Source: Promethearchaeota archaeon
GTDB taxonomy: Archaea > Asgardarchaeota > Heimdallarchaeia > Hodarchaeales > Hodarchaeaceae
Length of the DNA stretch: 64,000 nucleotides
Assembly: GCA_048938105.1 (NCBI GenBank)
Contig: JBHLMN010000001.1
Span: 352,001-416,000 of the forward strand
Reading direction: 5' to 3'
Made by a program: the position numbers and the translations under genes. This document shows positions 22,301 through 30,867 of the stretch, in pieces. Numbering within the stretch: position 1 is the stretch's first letter; each line of letters begins with the position of its first letter. A model generated the notes under the pieces. The model did not search any database and was not told the origin of the DNA. It saw only the letters and a program-made list of their open reading frames with translations.

Positions 22301-24013
22301 GATTCTGAGTAAATATTTCAGATATTCTTTGTCATTTTCACTTAACTGGTTTCTATAGAATCTTAAAAGCTCTGTGATTAACTCAATAACCTTTTTTCTA
22401 TTTATTAAATTCTTTTCTTTCCATCGCGCTAGAAAGAATCTTCTTTCTCCAACTACGACTGATTTTCTCCAAATTCTAGTAGATTTTGTATTAATTCCAA
22501 CTTTTTCAAGAATAGGTTGAAGAAAGATAAAATCAAGAGGACAGGAAATAGATGAATGAGTTTTTTCAAGATGTTTTTCCATTCTTTGTTTTTTATTTTT
22601 TGATTTCAAATAAGGAAAGATTAAATCTGCTAATGTCCTATAATCTTCAAACCCATTTATAATTATTTCAAAAATAACACTATTTTTCAATCGTTTATCT
22701 TTTCTAACGCGATAACGTGGTTTAATTCCAAATACCGATAATAAACACTTTAGATCTACAGAAAACTCCTTACTTCCAGTTGAAAATTCTATCTTCTTCT
22801 CAGATTTTCTGATGTGACCATCACCGTCAATTAATCCTGCTATGTAAGAACTAATGACCGAAATAGGTGATTTGAAAATAAGCTCAGGTATCCTGACAGA
22901 TTTTGATTTTTTACCTATAATATTGCGATTTAACTTTCTGATTGCTTCATTCATTTCTTGATCGTAAGATGTTACATATTTAACTACCTTTGATCTCTTT
23001 AATGATCTCTTGTCTATTTGGATTGAATATTTTCTTCCTGTGATTTTTTCTAATATATTCTGATAAGAGTTAAGTAAATTGTTGTCAGTTGTAAAGAAGC
23101 TAAGACGTAAACCCTTCCATCCTGTCTTACTGTTTGTAAAATTTCTTAATGAACCATCTGTCTGGAATAAACCTATTAAATAAGCGAAATCCTCATCGAT
23201 TTGATAATTTTGCATATATTTATACTCGTTAAAAGGCCATTTTTTAATAGAACTATTATTGGATGTAATTAAGAAATCTCCCCTTTGAATTTCATCCGCT
23301 CTTTTTTCAATAACCCTATTATTACTCCAAATAAAGAAAGGATGCCAATTACTTGAAATAATTTCATTTTTTCCCTCCGTAACAATTTTAATTGTGTCTT
23401 TTTTGTTTAATACATATTTCCATATTTTCATCACTGGTTTTAAGACTATCTCCCCAGTACTTTTATCAAAGGAAAATGTTTGAATGTTTTCATCGGAAAT
23501 ATTCAAAATCCTTGCATTTCCTTGCTCTAAAACCTCTTTTTTATTAGAAAAAAAATCATAGATAGTATCAATTGCTTCAATACCACAGAATGTGGAATAG
23601 ACTCTAGTACCCCTTGCTATACACCCTCCACCTGATTTATGGATAATTGCTGCGTTCTTAATTGCTTGAAATATAGAATCCATATCATCGCGAATAGGTA
23701 AAACAAAGCAAGCAGATAATTGATTTAGCTCTGTTCCAGCATTCATCAATGTGGGTGAATTTGGTAAAAACTCTAGATTTACCATCATATCATAGAATTT
23801 ATCTTCATAAAAAGCTGGATTACCACCGTACCGTGTTTCATTCGCCGCAATAGCCTTAGCAACACGTTTAAACAGTTGATCAGGTGTTTCAATAACCTCT
23901 CCACGTTCATTTTGCCTCAAGTATCGTTTCTCAAGTACAATTTTTGCATTTGGTGTGAGTCTTGGCAGTTTTGTTTTCATGGACTTCTCTGGTTTTTCTG
24001 ATTTGATAGTCAT
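16301..24013 (-). CDS. nrdJ: class II (adenosylcobalamin-dependent) ribonucleotide reductase with four inteins; spliced product about 778 aa
   Basis: PNSPTLMNAG, QLSACFV, reconstructed KQGG|RRRGANMG, ATNP|CGEQPL, ESCNLGSINL, TIAPTGTIS, AVSK|TINFP, C-terminal TSCPD-like domain and Zn ribbon. Confidence 0.95.
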   Translation of the reverse strand: MTIKSEKPEKSMKTKLPRLTPNAKIVLEKRYLRQNERGEVIETPDQLFKRVAKAIAANETRYGGNPAFYEDKFYDMMVNLEFLPNSPTLMNAGTELNQLSACFVLPIRDDMDSIFQAIKNAAIIHKSGGGCIARGTRVYSTFCGIEAIDTIYDFFSNKKEVLEQGNARILNISDENIQTFSFDKSTGEIVLKPVMKIWKYVLNKKDTIKIVTEGKNEIISSNWHPFFIWSNNRVIEKRADEIQRGDFLITSNNSSIKKWPFNEYKYMQNYQIDEDFAYLIGLFQTDGSLRNFTNSKTGWKGLRLSFFTTDNNLLNSYQNILEKITGRKYSIQIDKRSLKRSKVVKYVTSYDQEMNEAIRKLNRNIIGKKSKSVRIPELIFKSPISVISSYIAGLIDGDGHIRKSEKKIEFSTGSKEFSVDLKCLLSVFGIKPRYRVRKDKRLKNSVIFEIIINGFEDYRTLADLIFPYLKSKNKKQRMEKHLEKTHSSISCPLDFIFLQPILEKVGINTKSTRIWRKSVVVGERRFFLARWKEKNLINRKKVIELITELLRFYRNQLSENDKEYLKYLLRIIPSLVRVTSVESGDVEEFYDFTVENTNNYLAGKGPLFVIHNTGFTFSHLRPVNDKVQTTGGVASGPVSFMTVFNSATEIIKQGGCVSTKSHIRTPEGVIEIGELLDCPPMGENFTKDLVYDGDSYSNALISMDNGIAEVLRLKTDIGLNLEATCNHQIACIDQKGERVWKTINEIQAGDWVIVVLGGHNGKEVSLPKINEQHFNATPIKIPETMTSELGETLGLYMADGCLSTGGRMIFSVDNKDLDLIQRIEDLMLFSFGLKIGRKEDNVSWTDIIFYSYDLSRFFENMKWKKKSSTDAFIPREIFQSCPEVAKSFIRGLFEGDGNTHTNGYPRLYSTSQKLIEQTQQLLLGLNIVSSYSVRQKRDNSYGKKPIYTLRLVSDRSLRVFKEEIGFISKRKTETFRSRYHEKAFEYNDIIPNQGEKLKQLYTYVGRGSGKGRGKRGADRRFYRAIQHYIGDPSHRRNLTRKRLSFLQEKFDIIRNNEHFTKISDPKYYFTQVKSLKWTKSHTMDIEVPGSNQFVANGILVHNRRRGANMGILRVDHPDIMDFIRCKEDLSTLNNFNISVGLTEEFMEAVLNDKDYALVNPRNSEEVTRLKARVVFDEIVKMAHKNGEPGIIFLDRINAANPTPDLAKIEATNPCITGDTLIATADGRSAVPMKQLAKEGNDVPVFTEDDQGKITVRIMRRPRLTGKKVPVYQVLLDSGEILKTTANHRFYLRNGTIKRTDELQSGDSLHILTKVLQYQRGKYSVNPHKKYMRMYNRGRSEKSEHTLIAKFFHNNDNPIPKDHIVHHIDFDSENNSPENLQIMHVNEHDALHGISMKGRKNPIFQIKADPRKWKKYLEENPFYHTAGKNNPRYGVEVSEETKRKISLSRKQSYENNPEQRLLLSKISREKWKDPTYIKKSRIGFHQRALRKLEKCQQKTDLKCFLNGNSVMVEKTCEHCGKLFHISFNEREISYCNRNCFMKYFNSEKEMIIKRTLGVRKTYKNLAEEKRMKQILCYLELKEKLNREPFKKEWENSCKQSSIPFRLGTKFGFKNYRELKEHSTMYNDKVVNVKYLGKEDVYNGTVDEFHCFFIGGFGEQVGERTKIKFVKTQNCGEQPLLAYESCNLGSINLSKMVKKDPIDPLKYHIDYDHLERIITLAVRFLDNVIDVSSFPLPEIEEMTKRNRKIGLGIMGFADLLIKVGIPYNSEKGIELAKRVMSYIRTIAIRESQKLAQERGSFPNFNKSIFAEKYPMMRNATLTTIAPTGTISIIAGCSSGIEPLFMLTYERRVLDDDILVEGYPFFVEIAKSQGFYSQDLMEKIAATGSIAEMAEIPEEIRQTFVTAHDISPEWHVRMQAAFQTSGVDNAVSKCIAGDTLLPTNKGLVPVAECGFANGVDEFDSPLPDLYVIDGKEGQLKKVISHYSAGKHSSVEIMLRNGSKIIGAKTTHNIMTSSGWKTLSNLKKGDLVVVRHNSPPIHTEGGKTIDFNHEFKTSSNIVQLPKKMDALLARWLGMLAADGSMVESTGAVALVENNSNVGDLFDILSMEIFEEKPRLIKDKRNNVISHVITSRALVRFVRSLIGVKARNKHVPKQILEGSAEEKKAFLEGVTLDGYLKKNRGLVVYGGMSKRLAYQISELLRSFGLPYIYQGQKKVKGYGIYYYVEISNELQGIITPIEEHKRSPPHYKKYFVLIDPNEVQEKTLPTSDEYYSNLRWLKQSKREYCWNTVAKSLNLRIIAAVEKVTSIEDIGDIPLFDVEVKNSHTYLVNGIVSHNTINFPKEATVADINNAYMLAYKLGCKGLTVYRSGSRSYDVLSKKGTNEVKTKSDKVISSKKPRYRPDVTRGVTERVRVGCGTNLFITINEDEEGLAELFLSLGKSGGCVASHIESMGRLISLALRSRIEPDEIIMQLKSIRCPSPTFGSEGPILSCADAVAKAVERFINRYSVNNHKNESVQVRETEENDFSSGGNTIYLSHTTSGLRPECPECGNIVEHSEGCILCRVCGYSKCG
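17012..18223 (-). mobile_element. intein 4 (404 aa, LAGLIDADG)
   Basis: AVSK|CIAGDT ... IVSHN|TINFP; LGMLAADG and LEGVTLDG motifs. Confidence 0.92.
18998..20374 (-). mobile_element. intein 3 (459 aa, HNH endonuclease) inserted before the thiyl-radical Cys
   Basis: ATNP|CITGDT ... KTQN|CGEQ; VHHIDFDSENNSPENL HNH motif; NUMOD3-like SEETKRKIS; CEHC..YC...C. Confidence 0.92.
20708..22048 (-). mobile_element. intein 2 (447 aa, LAGLIDADG), Arg at +1
   Basis: KQGG|CVSTKS ... ILVHN|RRRGA; block B TCNH; LGLYMADG and IRGLFEGDG motifs. Confidence 0.92.
22178..23623 (-). mobile_element. intein 1 (482 aa, LAGLIDADG homing endonuclease)
   Basis: SGGG|CIARGT ... VIHN|TGF; IGLFQTDG and IAGLIDGDG motifs. 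Confidence 0.93.
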
Positions 24014-24498
24014 TATTTTAATCTCTTTTTTTCTAATATAGTGAATTTAGGTAAACGAAATTCTAGTTGTAACATAACATGCATCGCAAGAGATGTTCAA
24101 ATTAGAGTGCCTTTTCATTAATTGATTATTGAATCTCATTTAAAAACCCAAAAAAATGATGGTGTACTAATAATCGTTAAGTAGTTAGAAACATAAACAG
24201 CTCAAACTTTTTTTACTCCTCAAATCGTAAACTGAGGAAGGTTTGATATTTATTAAAAGTCTAATGCCAGGGTACTATTTGGGAAATATGCAGAGAGATT
24301 GTTGTACTACTGTACTGATACGGATACATAATAGTTTCGCTTTAAAATGAATTAATGTCAGATATATATGACCAGAGGCTTATCGATTATAAGATGTAAT
24401 AATCAGTAAGTACTGGGATATTACCTCTGAAATATGCTTGTTTTAAACCATCCATAATATCAAGTTCTTCAACCAACAAAAAGAGGTTGATAATACAA

Positions 24499-24687
24499 AT
24501 GATGAAGCTTATTACAGTACATTTACCAAATGATCAGGTATTAGGTCTTGATGAATTAGTACGCAGTGGACGGTACCCTAATCGCAGCGAAGCAATTCGT
24601 TTTGCCATACGTGATATGTTGAAGGATGAATTGTGGAGTCTTCGTGCCAGTGCATTAATTCCCCAATCTCGAGAGGTTTCTTATTGA
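24499..24687 (+). CDS. ribbon-helix-helix transcription factor, CopG/CdrS-like
   Basis: MKLITVHLP...LDELV..GRYPNRSEAIR.AIRD.L signature. Confidence 0.85.
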   Translation: MMKLITVHLPNDQVLGLDELVRSGRYPNRSEAIRFAIRDMLKDELWSLRASALIPQSREVSY

Positions 24688-24814
24688 AAATAGAATCTTT
24701 ATAAAAATCAAAGTTCTTTTTTCTACTAATTCTAAAGATCGTTGACTGGTATATACTTAACTTGAAACTGTATTCTTATTAGCTATTTTTATTCGTTCTA
24801 TCTAGGGCATTCTA

Positions 24815-25426
24815 ATGAATGAGAAAAGAAAAGTTAAACGTTGGCGAACTATCAAGCCGAAAACTCCTATTATCGGGATCGATGACGGGGGATTTGATCG
24901 TTTTTCTAAAGAAGATATAATTATTCCAGTTTATGGGGTCATCATGAAAGGATCAGCATATGTTGATGGTATTATTCAATGTCATCTTAAGAGAGATGAT
25001 CCTCAAGCCACTACCACCATCACTCAGATGATCTTAGATTCATCACATAAAAATCAGTTAAAAACAATATTCTTCCAGGGGATCACGATCGCTGGTTTTG
25101 GAGTCATAGATATTGTGGATTTGTATGAATTAACTGGAATTCCTGTTATTGTGGTGCTTCGAAAATATCCAAATTTTACCAAAATTAAAAGTGCTTTAGA
25201 AAAGGTTTTTCCTACTGACCAAGATAGGTGGCAAAGTATAAGACGGGCTGGAGACCCATTAAAAGTCCAAGAAGATCCAGCAATTTTCCTCCAACTTGCT
25301 GGAATTCATCCAAAAGATGCTTATCTACTTATTAAGAGATGTACGGCTGTTGGTACTATTCCAGAAGCTTTGAGGATTGCTCACTTCATTGGAGCAAGTT
25401 ACTATCATTCTTCACGTCAAATCTAA
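24815..25426 (+). CDS. DUF99/UPF0215 family (endonuclease V-like fold)
   Basis: IGIDDG, GITIAGFGVID, PEALRIAH. Confidence 0.85.
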   Translation: MNEKRKVKRWRTIKPKTPIIGIDDGGFDRFSKEDIIIPVYGVIMKGSAYVDGIIQCHLKRDDPQATTTITQMILDSSHKNQLKTIFFQGITIAGFGVIDIVDLYELTGIPVIVVLRKYPNFTKIKSALEKVFPTDQDRWQSIRRAGDPLKVQEDPAIFLQLAGIHPKDAYLLIKRCTAVGTIPEALRIAHFIGASYYHSSRQI

Positions 25427-25429
25427 TAT

Positions 25430-26974
25430 TTAAACTTCTTGATTACCTTTGTCTATCTGGGGAGGTAATAATTCCTCGTACAGGAGAACTATTGGCGCTA
25501 ATAACCAGCTAAATCCGCCTCCTACTACAAACAAAGAGAAATCATTAGATAAGCAAAATACCCCAATTACTATTAAAGTTCCAGATAAACAAAGAGCTAA
25601 TATTGAATTCCGAACTGCATGTATATCACGATTCCAAACACTTCCTTCGCTCAGAGGGGTATTTTTAAGTAACAATCCCTCTATTACACCAGAGATAATG
25701 AAAAAGAAAGCACCTAATGAAAATAAATAGAACGGTATTAACTGTAACAATCGAATAATCAAACTTTGTGTCCTCTTTTCCCAAACAATGGCTAATAGAG
25801 CTGCTAAAGTGTACGATATACTTACAAGCGCTGGCATTAAGTACCCCAAATGAAATCCTAATGCCTCGCTTCGTAAGAAGGGAATATCAGCTAGCATCAT
25901 TATAGCTAAAAGTGATATTAGAAAAACTATACTAATTCCTGAAAAAAAGGCCATTGCATTCAAGATCAACTCGAATTTTTTTTTCCAGCCTATATAAGGA
26001 GAGGATAAGATAGAACGTGACCGTATTCGGAGGATATTACAAGCACCATGAGCCCAACGCCACAATTGAGCTACTTGCGCCTTAGCTGTCTCAGGAACAA
26101 GTCCATATGAGCCAATAAAATCTAGATATCTCCCCTCATAACCCCGTGAAAGAATTTTCATTGAAGTATCAATATCTTCAATCAATGTTTCTTCAGAAAA
26201 GCCACCAACTTCAATTAAAACTTCTTTTCGAAAGCATCCTGTTGTACCATTGAAAAGTACAACCCCTCGTTGCTCTTTTGCCGCCTCAAAAACCTCATAG
26301 AATTGGGAATATAAGATAGAGTTAGCAGCTTGATATAATCTCTGTGTATTTCTATAAGAGGTTTTTGCTTGGACATAACCGACCTGTTCATCCAATATTA
26401 CCTTAGAAAACTCTGTTAATAAGTTTGGGACCGGGATGTGATCAGAATCTAGAATTACTATAAAATCTCCACGAGTCTTATCAAGTACAGCGTTGATATT
26501 CCCAGCTTTGAAACCTCGTGTGTCTGGTTTATGATAAAATTGAATATTAAATGTCATGCAAAACTCCTTTAACAGTTTCGTAACGTTAGGATCCTGACCA
26601 TTATCACTTACAATAATATCATAATGTGAATATTTTATTTTCAGGGTTCCTTCCAGAGTTTTTTTAAGTAACGAAAAGGGAGTTCCATGGGAGGGTACAA
26701 TAATAGTAAAAGATGGAGGTTTTATAGGGCGTTTATCTTGGGGGATTAATTTATACCTGAATTGAAAAGCACCAGATATCATATAAAAAAGATAAAATGC
26801 AAACAAAAACCCAAACAGTTCGATCATAAGAAGGATAATATTAAGCATTATTGTCACAAAGTCTATCTGAATAAAGATTATTAATAAGCTAGATACAGTA
26901 TAAACAGGAATCACAATGAGAATTAGAACAGAAATACCAAGGGTTATCCAGGACAAACAGCGATATACCCACAT
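25430..26974 (-). CDS. processive GT2 glycosyltransferase (cellulose synthase-like)
   Basis: KAGNIN, DSD, ED and QLWRW motifs; flanking TM helices. Confidence 0.88.
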   Translation of the reverse strand: MWVYRCLSWITLGISVLILIVIPVYTVSSLLIIFIQIDFVTIMLNIILLMIELFGFLFAFYLFYMISGAFQFRYKLIPQDKRPIKPPSFTIIVPSHGTPFSLLKKTLEGTLKIKYSHYDIIVSDNGQDPNVTKLLKEFCMTFNIQFYHKPDTRGFKAGNINAVLDKTRGDFIVILDSDHIPVPNLLTEFSKVILDEQVGYVQAKTSYRNTQRLYQAANSILYSQFYEVFEAAKEQRGVVLFNGTTGCFRKEVLIEVGGFSEETLIEDIDTSMKILSRGYEGRYLDFIGSYGLVPETAKAQVAQLWRWAHGACNILRIRSRSILSSPYIGWKKKFELILNAMAFFSGISIVFLISLLAIMMLADIPFLRSEALGFHLGYLMPALVSISYTLAALLAIVWEKRTQSLIIRLLQLIPFYLFSLGAFFFIISGVIEGLLLKNTPLSEGSVWNRDIHAVRNSILALCLSGTLIVIGVFCLSNDFSLFVVGGGFSWLLAPIVLLYEELLPPQIDKGNQEV

Positions 26975-27007
26975 TTGATGTTTCTTCCCGAGTCTTAAAA
27001 GTCTGAA

Positions 27008-27853
27008 TTAAAAATCAAGTTTTCCAGCTAAGAAATCAGACCAACCCTTTTTGTACTTCTCAGGACTGTTAATGTGATTCCAATAGACTGGAGAGTCTGG
27101 AAAATATCCATAAAGTAGCCCCTCTTTAGCTAGAGTTGGGAAAACATCCTTCTCTAGGGATGAAATTGGTTTTTCGATGAATGTGAAAATCTCAGGCTCA
27201 AAAATGTAAATACCAGCGTTAATAAATTTCAATCCTTTCTTCCCACTAGTAATAAATCTAACAATTTTTCTACTTTTTTCATCAAAATCAACTTGACCGT
27301 TTGTATTTTCAAGAATAAACATAGTACATATCCCCCCCTCTTTAATTTTGCGACGATGGTATTCTATCAATGAACTAAGATTTAAATTTGTAATTAGATC
27401 TCCATTCATAACTAAAAATGTAGATTTAAACTGTTTCTGAGCATGTAATACTGCCCCCGCAGTGTCCAAAGGTTTGTCTTCTGAAATAAATCCAATTTCG
27501 ACACCTGGAATCTTTTTTTCTGAGAATTGCTGTTGAATGTGTTCTTGAAGATATCCCACTGAAAGAAAGATTTCGATTAAGGCATGTCGCCGTAATAGGT
27601 CTATAGAATACTCTATAATTGGTTTATAACCAATGGGTAACATAACAGCTGGAGTAGCAACAGAAATTGGTCGAAAGCTCGTCCCACGACCTCCACATAA
27701 AATTAGGGACTTTATAGTGTGAGCTTCTAATGCAACTTTTAATGCTTGGATAATAAACTGCTTAACATTGCCGTGACCTGCTACCTCCACCAAATTCAAC
27801 CAAAATGTGTTTGTGAACTCAATCGTATATTTATGAATGTCCTTATTTTTCAT
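27008..27853 (-). CDS. sugar-phosphate nucleotidyltransferase-like protein with N-terminal extension and degenerate signature
   Basis: LCGGRGTSFRP, EDKPLDTAGA, VMNGDL, INAGIYIF, SLEKDVFP. Confidence 0.75.
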   Translation of the reverse strand: MKNKDIHKYTIEFTNTFWLNLVEVAGHGNVKQFIIQALKVALEAHTIKSLILCGGRGTSFRPISVATPAVMLPIGYKPIIEYSIDLLRRHALIEIFLSVGYLQEHIQQQFSEKKIPGVEIGFISEDKPLDTAGAVLHAQKQFKSTFLVMNGDLITNLNLSSLIEYHRRKIKEGGICTMFILENTNGQVDFDEKSRKIVRFITSGKKGLKFINAGIYIFEPEIFTFIEKPISSLEKDVFPTLAKEGLLYGYFPDSPVYWNHINSPEKYKKGWSDFLAGKLDF

Positions 27854-27895
27854 TGAAAATCATTCTCTAAACCATTTAGTTGAAAATATAAGATT

Positions 27896-28987
27896 TCATT
27901 TTTCACGTTCAGCAAGAAATTGGACTAAAATTTTAAGAAAGACAAACAACTCATTTGCTTGGTTATCTTCACCGCTCTGTTCAGCCTGGATGGCTTCTAA
28001 TTCTTGTACACAAAACTGGGCATACTCATCTCTAACTTCCCTTACTCGATGATTGACTGAACGAAAAGCTTCAATGACATAGTTTATTTCTTCTTCTGTT
28101 TTCTTTCCAACTGGTTTATTATAAATCTCTTTTATCTTAGAAGCATATTCAGTTTGTAAAACGAAAAAAAGGAATAAGTTTCGCTTTGATTCTTGTATAT
28201 CCCAATATGGGACTTTTCCGAATTGTTCTGGATTTCCTAGGATGTCTAAGTAATCATCTTGAATTTGAAATGCAATACCTGCAGCAACAATAGCATCATG
28301 TAATCTATCAGTAAATAGATCTCCACGGTTGGCTGCTAAACAACCTAGCTTAACGCAACCAGCAAAAACAATAGCTGTTTTCAGCTCCATAATTTTGATA
28401 ACATGATCTTTGTCAAAATTAAAATTGTGATTTAATCTATCTTCTAATTCAATGGCATTACCTAAACTGACTTGATAAGCATAATCGAGAACAAGGTTTA
28501 GAGTGGGTTCATTCTTCAGTAATGTCAAAGCATAAGCATGAAGAACATCTCCATCATGGAGCGCACGATCTGCCCCATGAATTATGTGAAAGGCTTTTTT
28601 TCCGCGTCTGAGTGGAGCGCCATCAATTAAATCATCATGAATCAAAGTCATATTATGCAGAAGCTCGATGGCAATTGCGGCATTATACGATCTCTCCATT
28701 GCAACTTCTCGATATTCAGTATTTCTAACTAATAAATCAGTTGTTACTGCAATGAGTGCTGGACGAAGTCGTTTTCCTTGGGTTGTTAGAATGAAATCAT
28801 GAATTCGCTCTCTTGTTGGACTAATAAGTCCATTTATTGCTTGAGTGAGCTTTTTGTTCAAATGTTCCATAATTTCTGCATTTATGAACTCTAGTGCCAC
28901 GAAAAAAGCCCTCTTATTCATATTACATAAAATCGTGTTTTTCTTCAATACACTGATAGAAAATATAGTTGTGTGACATTCTATCAT
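27896..28987 (-). CDS. idsA: polyprenyl (geranylgeranyl) diphosphate synthase
   Basis: GKRLRP, HDDLIDG..LRRG, KTA, FQIQDDYLD; the true start is probably downstream of 28987. Confidence 0.88.
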   Translation of the reverse strand: MIECHTTIFSISVLKKNTILCNMNKRAFFVALEFINAEIMEHLNKKLTQAINGLISPTRERIHDFILTTQGKRLRPALIAVTTDLLVRNTEYREVAMERSYNAAIAIELLHNMTLIHDDLIDGAPLRRGKKAFHIIHGADRALHDGDVLHAYALTLLKNEPTLNLVLDYAYQVSLGNAIELEDRLNHNFNFDKDHVIKIMELKTAIVFAGCVKLGCLAANRGDLFTDRLHDAIVAAGIAFQIQDDYLDILGNPEQFGKVPYWDIQESKRNLFLFFVLQTEYASKIKEIYNKPVGKKTEEEINYVIEAFRSVNHRVREVRDEYAQFCVQELEAIQAEQSGEDNQANELFVFLKILVQFLAEREK

Positions 28988-29406
28988 CCTGTAGGTTCAA
29001 TTTTTTGACCAGTATTTAATAGGTTTGCTGTATCTTATTAATAGGTTTTCTCTGAATAAGCTGCAATAAGAGGTTTTTGACTATTTAAAGAGAAGGATAA
29101 ATCAAGACATGAAGGTAATTTGAATTGAATTAGTATTAATTATTTAAAAGAAAGCTGTAGAGCAATACAGTGAACTTATCATATAATTTGGTCTTTTTCA
29201 TTAATATTGGTAATCTGCGTTATAGAACCGATAGTAAAACGAGAACTCCATTATCATTTTGGAAGTTGAGAATCGATTGACTTGCAGGAAATCGTTTCTT
29301 TTAAGTGATTGTAGTTCACTAGGTTTTCTTAACCAATAGGCTTTTTTAAATATAACCAATATTCATTTTAAGAACAGTTAAGATTCTTATACGGATGATC
29401 CCATAA

Positions 29407-30705
29407 TTGTCTTTTCAATTCTGTCCTTATTGTAATAAAAAAACTCCAGTAAGAAACTTTTGTGTCCATTGTGGAAATAAATTATCAAATGCCAATACTT
29501 GTCTTTATTGTAATGCTTCAATTCCTTTGAACACCACTCTTTGCCCTTTTTGCGGTCATAATGCCTCTTTTTCATCATCTAACAATACGCTGAAAGATTA
29601 TTCTCATCTTAATTGGATTTCTATAGATTTTCGTTTAGCGATTTTAGTAATATTTATTCTTTCAGCCTACTATCTTACTCAACTGATGATTGGATCGATT
29701 TTCTTCTTCTTTTTTCCCGTTGAATTCAGCTCAGATAATAATAATGCTTTTTTTTCTCTAGTCATCATGCTAGTAAGTAGTATATTATTGATTTTGATCT
29801 TTGTAAAATGGCTACCGTTTTCAACCAAAGAAAAAAATTTGAAAAAAAGTGAACTACAACTTCTTTTTCTCTTAATTATAATACTTATGGTATCTGTCTC
29901 TATCATTGAGATACTTGTTTCACTCACTGGTATTGGATTAGATCTGATTAATGTAGATCCTTCTCTCTCTTCTCCTTATGATGATTTCTTTATAAATCCT
30001 CTTAATATCCTTACTTTCACAATTTTGGCAACTATTATTGGCCCGATTTTTGAAGAGCTCGTTTACCGTCATTTTACAATATCTACAATGTTGAAACAAT
30101 GTCAATCGAAATTTTTTGTAGTTTTTACGAGTGCATTAATCTTTAGCCTCTCCCATACCGCAGCAAACTTATTAGAAAGCCTCCGTTATGCAATTTTACA
30201 CTTAATTGTTACTTTCAGTATCGGCATTGTCTTAGGGATAATCTTTCTCCGCTGGGGATTAAAATATGCAATTATATTCCACTCTTTATGGAATATATTT
30301 TCACTAATAGTCGAATTATTGATCATTTTTGATGGACAAGAGTTGATCGATTTGATTCTTTTAGTATCTATGGCTATAACTTTTATCCTAACTGTTTTTT
30401 TCCTTTTTCTGTTTCGATCCTCTTTGGTTCGGATTATTTTTAAAACAAAACTCCCAACAAAAACTGAGATTTTGTTTATTTTAGCTAATTTCTCCATTAT
30501 CATTACTTATGAGTTATTATTACCTTTATTACTCTTATCAACAAATCAAAATCTTTTGACTGCAGGACTTATCTTTTTTTATCAGTTTTGTGGGTTTTTA
30601 GTTGGATTAATACTAATTAACAGAAAGCAAAAGATAGTAACAAACTTTAATAGCAATTTACTAGAGGGTAATGACATTTATGAGGATTTATCATCTTTAG
30701 AGTAA
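29407..30705 (+). CDS. CPBP (CAAX/Abi) intramembrane metalloprotease with N-terminal double zinc ribbon
   Basis: Four CxxC pairs; EELVYR, FSLSH and HSLWN motifs; many TM helices. Confidence 0.85.
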   Translation: MSFQFCPYCNKKTPVRNFCVHCGNKLSNANTCLYCNASIPLNTTLCPFCGHNASFSSSNNTLKDYSHLNWISIDFRLAILVIFILSAYYLTQLMIGSIFFFFFPVEFSSDNNNAFFSLVIMLVSSILLILIFVKWLPFSTKEKNLKKSELQLLFLLIIILMVSVSIIEILVSLTGIGLDLINVDPSLSSPYDDFFINPLNILTFTILATIIGPIFEELVYRHFTISTMLKQCQSKFFVVFTSALIFSLSHTAANLLESLRYAILHLIVTFSIGIVLGIIFLRWGLKYAIIFHSLWNIFSLIVELLIIFDGQELIDLILLVSMAITFILTVFFLFLFRSSLVRIIFKTKLPTKTEILFILANFSIIITYELLLPLLLLSTNQNLLTAGLIFFYQFCGFLVGLILINRKQKIVTNFNSNLLEGNDIYEDLSSLE

Positions 30706-30867
30706 ATCAAGTAATCAATTATTATAATCTCTGTAGCAAATTGAATAAATAATCCTTTAAGTGCCAAAAGATTTCAAAACCAATCTAATGTGATAATCAA
30801 CCTGAATTTAAGCCTACTTTTTAGTTTGAGGAAAGCCAATAAAAAAAAGGAAAAAAAGGTGTGTAAA

